Source: an uncultured delta proteobacterium (lineage in GTDB: Bacteria; Myxococcota_A; Polyangia; Fen-1088). Taken from it: a stretch of 64,000 nt of DNA. This document shows positions 62,294 to 64,000 of this stretch, piece by piece. Positions within the stretch are counted from its first letter, which is position 1, and every line of letters starts with the position of its first letter. The stretch lies in contig CAWCMR010000025.1 in NCBI GenBank assembly GCA_963796685.1, forward strand, positions 1,536,001 through 1,600,000, written 5' to 3'. The notes beneath the pieces were generated by a model. It saw nothing but the letters and a program-made list of their open reading frames with translations. It was not told the DNA's origin and made no database searches. The translations under genes were made by a program, and so were the position numbers.

Positions 62294-63883
62294 TCACCAG
62301 CGCGGGCCATTCTTGAACCTCGGGTGCGTCTGGCGTCTCGGACGGTCCCCCGGCGGGTGCGCTTTCGGGTGTCGCGCGTGGGGCTCGCGCGGCGCCGCCG
62401 GGTGCGCGCGATCGCCTGCCGGCCGCTCGGGAACGTCAGCCGAATCGGCAAGCTCCACGTCGGCTGCTTGCCTCGCCGACGGCGGTCGGAATTCCTCCCG
62501 CGCCGGTGCGGCCGGCTCCGGCGAGAGCGGAATAGGTTGGTCGACTTTGGGCGGCGGTGACTTTCTCGCGAGCAGCAGAACCACCAAGGTCACCCCGCAC
62601 AGCACGACGCCACCTGCAAGGGCGACGAGGGACATGCTGGGCACGCGGGAGAGGCGCACCCGACCTTCGTCCGGCGCGGGCGCGGATCGGGACGAGCAGC
62701 TGGAACGCGCCTTGCCGATCGCGCTAGGCCCGGAAGGTGGATCGAGCAGGGCGGTCGGCTGGTGGCGCCCGGTCGAGAGCCTTTGGCTCGGCTGCCTGGT
62801 GGTCGGGGCGATGATCGGTGCTGACGATTTCGCCTCGGCCGGCTCGAGCAGGGCGGTCGGCTCGGGGATACGCGCGCGCGGGTAGTCGCCGGCCGCCCCG
62901 CCCGCGGTGCCCGAGGTGCCCGAGGTGGTAGATGGCCCATCGACCGGCGCGGGCGTGATGCTCGCGCGCGACATCGCGGCGGCTTTCTGCAGAAACGAGG
63001 AAAAGCTCGGCGAGGGGGTCGCCAAGACGGGCGTTGCGGCGGATTTCGAGAAACGCCCGAGAACGGCGACGAGCTCGTTCATGCTCTGTGGGCGGTGCGC
63101 CGGATCCTTGCGCAGGGTGCGGGCTATCAGCTCGTCGAGCTCGGCGGGGATCCCGGGCTCGAGCGTTCTTGGCGCGGGCGGAGCCTCGGTGGCATGGGCG
63201 ACGATCAACTGGCCGGCTCCTTCGCGCACGAAGGGCGGGCGCCCCGTCGCCATCTCGAACAGGATGCAGCCCAGGGAATAGATGTCGGCGCGGTGATCGA
63301 CGTTGCCCAGCCCGCGTCCCACTTCGGGCGACATGTAGAGCGGGGCGCCCAGCAAGCTGCCGGTCTGGCTGTGCCGCACGCTCTGGGTGAAATTGGCGAC
63401 GCCGAAGTCGAGCAGCTTGACGACCGGACTCGGGACCGGGCAGGTCAGGAAGATGCTGTCGGCTTGGAGCGCGCGATGAACCATGCGCCTGCCGTGCACG
63501 ACCTGCAGGGCGGAGGCCGCCTGAACGCCGATGGCTGCCAGGCTGGGGATGTCGCCGACACTTTCCAGGTCGGCCATGGCCGTGGCCAGCGATTTGCCCG
63601 GCAGGTATTCCATGCACAGAAACGCGCGACCGCTTGCGTGCGTGCCGCAGTCGTGGATCTGGGCGATGCCGGGATGTCCGAAGAGATTCGTCGAGCGGAG
63701 CTCCGCGAAGTAGCGCGCGAGCGCGGTTCCTTCCCTGGAGAACACGGGGAAGAGAACCTTCACCGCGGCCTTCTGCCGGCTCTGCTCGTGGTCGCCCAGA
63801 AAGACCTCGCCCAGACTGCCCTCGCCCAGCTTCTGGACGAGCCGGTAGCCGCCGACCACCTCGCCGAGCATGTCGCCGGTCAC
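62294..63883 (-). CDS. Membrane Ser/Thr kinase-like protein, probable pseudokinase
   Basis: GEGSLG, AAVK, DFG, YMSPE, DIYSLG present; catalytic loop reads HRALQADS. Confidence 0.88.
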   Translation of the reverse strand: MTGDMLGEVVGGYRLVQKLGEGSLGEVFLGDHEQSRQKAAVKVLFPVFSREGTALARYFAELRSTNLFGHPGIAQIHDCGTHASGRAFLCMEYLPGKSLATAMADLESVGDIPSLAAIGVQAASALQVVHGRRMVHRALQADSIFLTCPVPSPVVKLLDFGVANFTQSVRHSQTGSLLGAPLYMSPEVGRGLGNVDHRADIYSLGCILFEMATGRPPFVREGAGQLIVAHATEAPPAPRTLEPGIPAELDELIARTLRKDPAHRPQSMNELVAVLGRFSKSAATPVLATPSPSFSSFLQKAAAMSRASITPAPVDGPSTTSGTSGTAGGAAGDYPRARIPEPTALLEPAEAKSSAPIIAPTTRQPSQRLSTGRHQPTALLDPPSGPSAIGKARSSCSSRSAPAPDEGRVRLSRVPSMSLVALAGGVVLCGVTLVVLLLARKSPPPKVDQPIPLSPEPAAPAREEFRPPSARQAADVELADSADVPERPAGDRAHPAAPREPHARHPKAHPPGDRPRRQTHPRFKNGPRW

Positions 63884-64000
63884 TTCGCCCCCTGCGCGTG
63901 TTCCCGGTGCGCGAGCTTGGCGGGTCTGCCTTGGTAGTACCACTGACCGGCGGGCATGTTGCCGTCCAACCTGGCGTAGTGGCCCGTCCAGCGCGCGAGC

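Overview
GC-rich bacterial window. Gene content points to Myxococcota (giant TPR protein, Ser/Thr kinase-like protein, Cys-rich lipoproteins); this is an inference. There are four blocks. (1) 1-4 kb housekeeping genes (pilD, rsfS, rlmH). (2) 4.0-9.5 kb nested mobile locus. A ~10-unit 186-bp tandem array of a REP-like element holds an intact IS110 whose non-coding end carries readable bridge-RNA target and donor guides matching the repeat and the IS junction. A second, truncated copy of that IS110 end follows and is interrupted by a complete group IIC intron. (3) 12.5-31.6 kb minus-strand integron cassette array with about 20 attC sites in three sequence families and an attI-like first site, but no integrase in the window. 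It carries toxin-antitoxin cassettes, candidate defence genes, an ISL3, an ISAzo13 and an intron remnant. (4) 31.8-64 kb chromosomal genes: gpmA, an orphan E1-alpha, a ~2600-aa TPR protein, ECF sigma modules, glgC, a radical SAM/SPASM-TPR enzyme, a che operon and a probable pseudokinase. All calls come from reading the sequence by eye; no searches were run.
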